Source: Squalus acanthias
Lineage: Eukaryota
Direction: 5' to 3'
Length of the DNA: 64,000 nt
Assembly: GCA_030390025.1 (NCBI GenBank)
Contig: CM059433.1
Location: 2,976,001-3,040,000, forward strand
The stretch's first letter is position 1. Each line of letters starts with the position of its first letter. The position numbers were made by a program, and so were the translations under genes. The notes under the pieces are model-generated. The model was not told the DNA's origin, searched no databases, and worked only from the letters and a program-made list of their open reading frames with translations. This document shows positions 61,730 through 64,000 of the stretch, piece by piece.

Positions 61730-64000
61730 CTGTTTCTCTCTCCACGGATGCTGCCTGGCCTGCTGAGTTTTTCCAGCGTTTTCTGTGATCTAAAGATGTT
61801 ACCGTGCTCCAGATAGTACTTTTAATAAGTTTAACTAGACTGTAACCTTCCGGATATTATAATGGTCCGGATTACCCCCCAGAATTCTGCAACTCCTTTG
61901 AGTGTACAGAAATTGAGTTCGCAAGATGATACAGAAATACTCTGAGACTATTCTAAAAATATATAGATTTATTACAGAACCGACATTCAGTTAACATTTA
62001 TTATGGCAATCGCAACTTTAATCGTTCAAAATACAAATAGCTTACATTATGTTATTCTCAGAGATCCTTATTCTCAAATCTTAACTTCGTTACATTTCCA
62101 CACTTCTACTTATTTCTTAATCCAGAATATCCACCAAAATCAAATACCTTGATTACCCGAGACTCAAAAGTTGTAAACTTACAGAGAATGTCTGTTAAGT
62201 TGAGAAACGCTTGCCTTCTCAGCGACTTCTGACTTTTCTGTCTGAAAAGCTCTATGTTTTATACTCTTTTTTGGGTGGTTTATCCTTTGAAGTTTTCCTG
62301 ATGATGTAAGCTAATTTGTATCAAGTCATTCTTACTGACTTTGTTCTATTCTTTATTGTCATTTCAGCTGTCAGCTTTTAGACTTGTGTCCTGTTTAGGT
62401 GTTTCCAAAACCATCATAAACACAATGACAGCAATGGTTTCTGTTTGATGCAATTCTTATCGAAGTCTTTCTATTGAATTTCTAATACTACTTTAACTGG
62501 TTATTAGATGTTGTGACTCCGTGGTATTCTAAGTTCAATACAGGAACAATGTGATTGCTTGGTGTATCCATTGAAGTAATATTTTCAAAGTCATCTTGTT
62601 TGTGTACTTTTTACAACTTGTAAATTAAAACCACTTCTCTAGTATCTTCATGCATTTCTAATTTACTTCAATTGGTTTTTATCAGAGCTTGGAACTCCAT
62701 CTTTCAAGCTTAACATTAAAAGTATTTGTTCAGCAGGCATTTCTTTTACTTGATGTCATATTTTCAAAGCCTTCTGTAGGTATCATATTTACAACATGTA
62801 AATTGAAAACCCTTCTCTCAGTGTTTACTTGTTTTCTAGTTAGCTCAGTTGGTTGCATATTTAATCATGTTTCCTGTTTCTAAGTTTAACAAACTATTTT
62901 ACGACAGGTATTTCTTACTGGATGTCATTCTTTCAAAGGCATTTGTTTTTTTTAATGTTCTGTGCACCTGTTCGACGTGTTAGATTGTAACACTTTACTT
63001 GGGTCATTCCATTGTTTTGATTCCAATGTCCAGACGCTCTGGAAACAAACCTTGCTTTATCAATAGGGCTTGTTTCTTGGTCAATACCCATTCCCATTTC
63101 AAAGCTTGTGTTCACAGCTTTGTGTTAACAAACCATCTTATCTCAGAAGCCTGTATTGTGCCTTCAGCCTGTGTCACCGAGGCTTATGTCTTTTAAACAC
63201 AGTATGCTTTTTATTAATAATTTCAGAAATCTGTTCCTAGTATCGTGTATTTTTCTGAATCCTGGCTATTCCTGCACAACCACACCTTGAGTACTGCGTA
63301 CAGTTTTGGTCTCCTTATTTAAGGAATGATATACTTGCATTGGAGGCAGTTCAGAGACGATTCACTAGGTTAATTCCAGAGATGAGGGGTTTGACTTATG
63401 AGGAAAGGTTGAGTAGGCTGGGCCTATACTCACTGGAATTTAGAAGAATGAGAGGTGATCTTATTGAAACATATAATATACTGAGGGGGCTCGACAAGGT
63501 AGATGCAGAGAGGATGTTTCCCCTCGTGGGGAAATCTAGAACTCGGGGGTATAGTTTCAGAATAAAGGGTTGCCCTTTTAGAACTGAGATGAGGAGGAAT
63601 TTCTTCTCTCAGAGGGTCGTAAATCTGTGGAATTCTCAGCCCCAGAGAGCTGTGGAGGCTGGGTCATTAAATACATTTAAGGTGGAGATAGACAGATTTT
63701 TGCAAGATAAGGGAGTGAAGGGTTATGGGGAGCGGGCGGGGAAGTGGCTTTGAGCCCAAGATCAGCCATGATCTTATTGAATGGCGGAGCAGGCTCGAGG
63801 GGCCAAGTGGCCTATTCCTGCTCCTATTTCTTATGCTCTTATGTTCTACCAGACTCCCAGTAGTTCACTCTGTGCGCGCTGCACTCAGTGCTGGCTGCAC
63901 TCACAGGCCCCTGTGTTTATACTGCTTGTGACTCAGGAGAGCTTGCTTGATTGTCTCTGCTTAAGCTGGAAGAAATTTAAAAATTTAAAGTTTAAATTTT

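Larger units (their letters stand above)
61536..61788. mobile_element. Palindromic hammerhead mini-element
   Basis: 14-bp TSD TCTAAAGATGTTAC. Perfect 104-bp arms at 61576-61679 and 61683-61786. Confidence 0.93.
61364..63278 (-). mobile_element. Solo LTR (~1648 bp without its nested insert)
   Basis: TG...CA termini. 4-bp TSD ACCA restores the CR1 VRPHLEY codons. Minus-strand TATAAAA at 62257-62263 and AATAAA at 61968-62002. Confidence 0.85.
57190..63846 (+). mobile_element. Full-length CR1 LINE (decayed) interrupted by a solo LTR
   Basis: ORF1 at ~57904-58859 (Zn knuckle; SGNH esterase GDS, GTND and DGLH motifs). ORF2 APE-RT pieces 58904-61363 and 63283-63753. Tail. Confidence 0.97.

Noticed and set aside
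62689..63196. Accessory ORFs in the LTR U3
   Set aside because: Only 60-65 aa frames with no recognisable motif.

Overview
Eukaryotic, repeat-dense window that is almost entirely transposon-derived. The repeat families resemble those of a cartilaginous fish (inference). It contains about 10 CR1 LINE copies, two of them nearly full length and head-to-head near 57.2 kb, with a Zn-finger/SGNH-esterase ORF1 and an APE-RT ORF2. There is also one L2/CR1-group LINE of another family, tRNA-headed Deu-domain SINEs, and Penelope-like elements (RT + GIY-YIG) carrying minimal hammerhead ribozyme motifs. A second family of hammerhead mini-elements includes one perfect 104-bp palindrome. A decayed but nearly complete PIF/Harbinger transposon sits among many Harbinger relics and MITEs with 3-bp TSDs, and there are two ~1.65-kb solo LTRs with 4-bp TSDs. 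No intact host gene was recognised, only two weak candidate exons. The most notable observations are a degraded, MITE-interrupted reading frame at 33.4-34.1 kb resembling a viral SF3 helicase (a possible endogenous small-DNA-virus element) and the hammerhead-bearing inverted and tandem Penelope-type insertions. All calls come from reading the sequence by eye; no database search was run.
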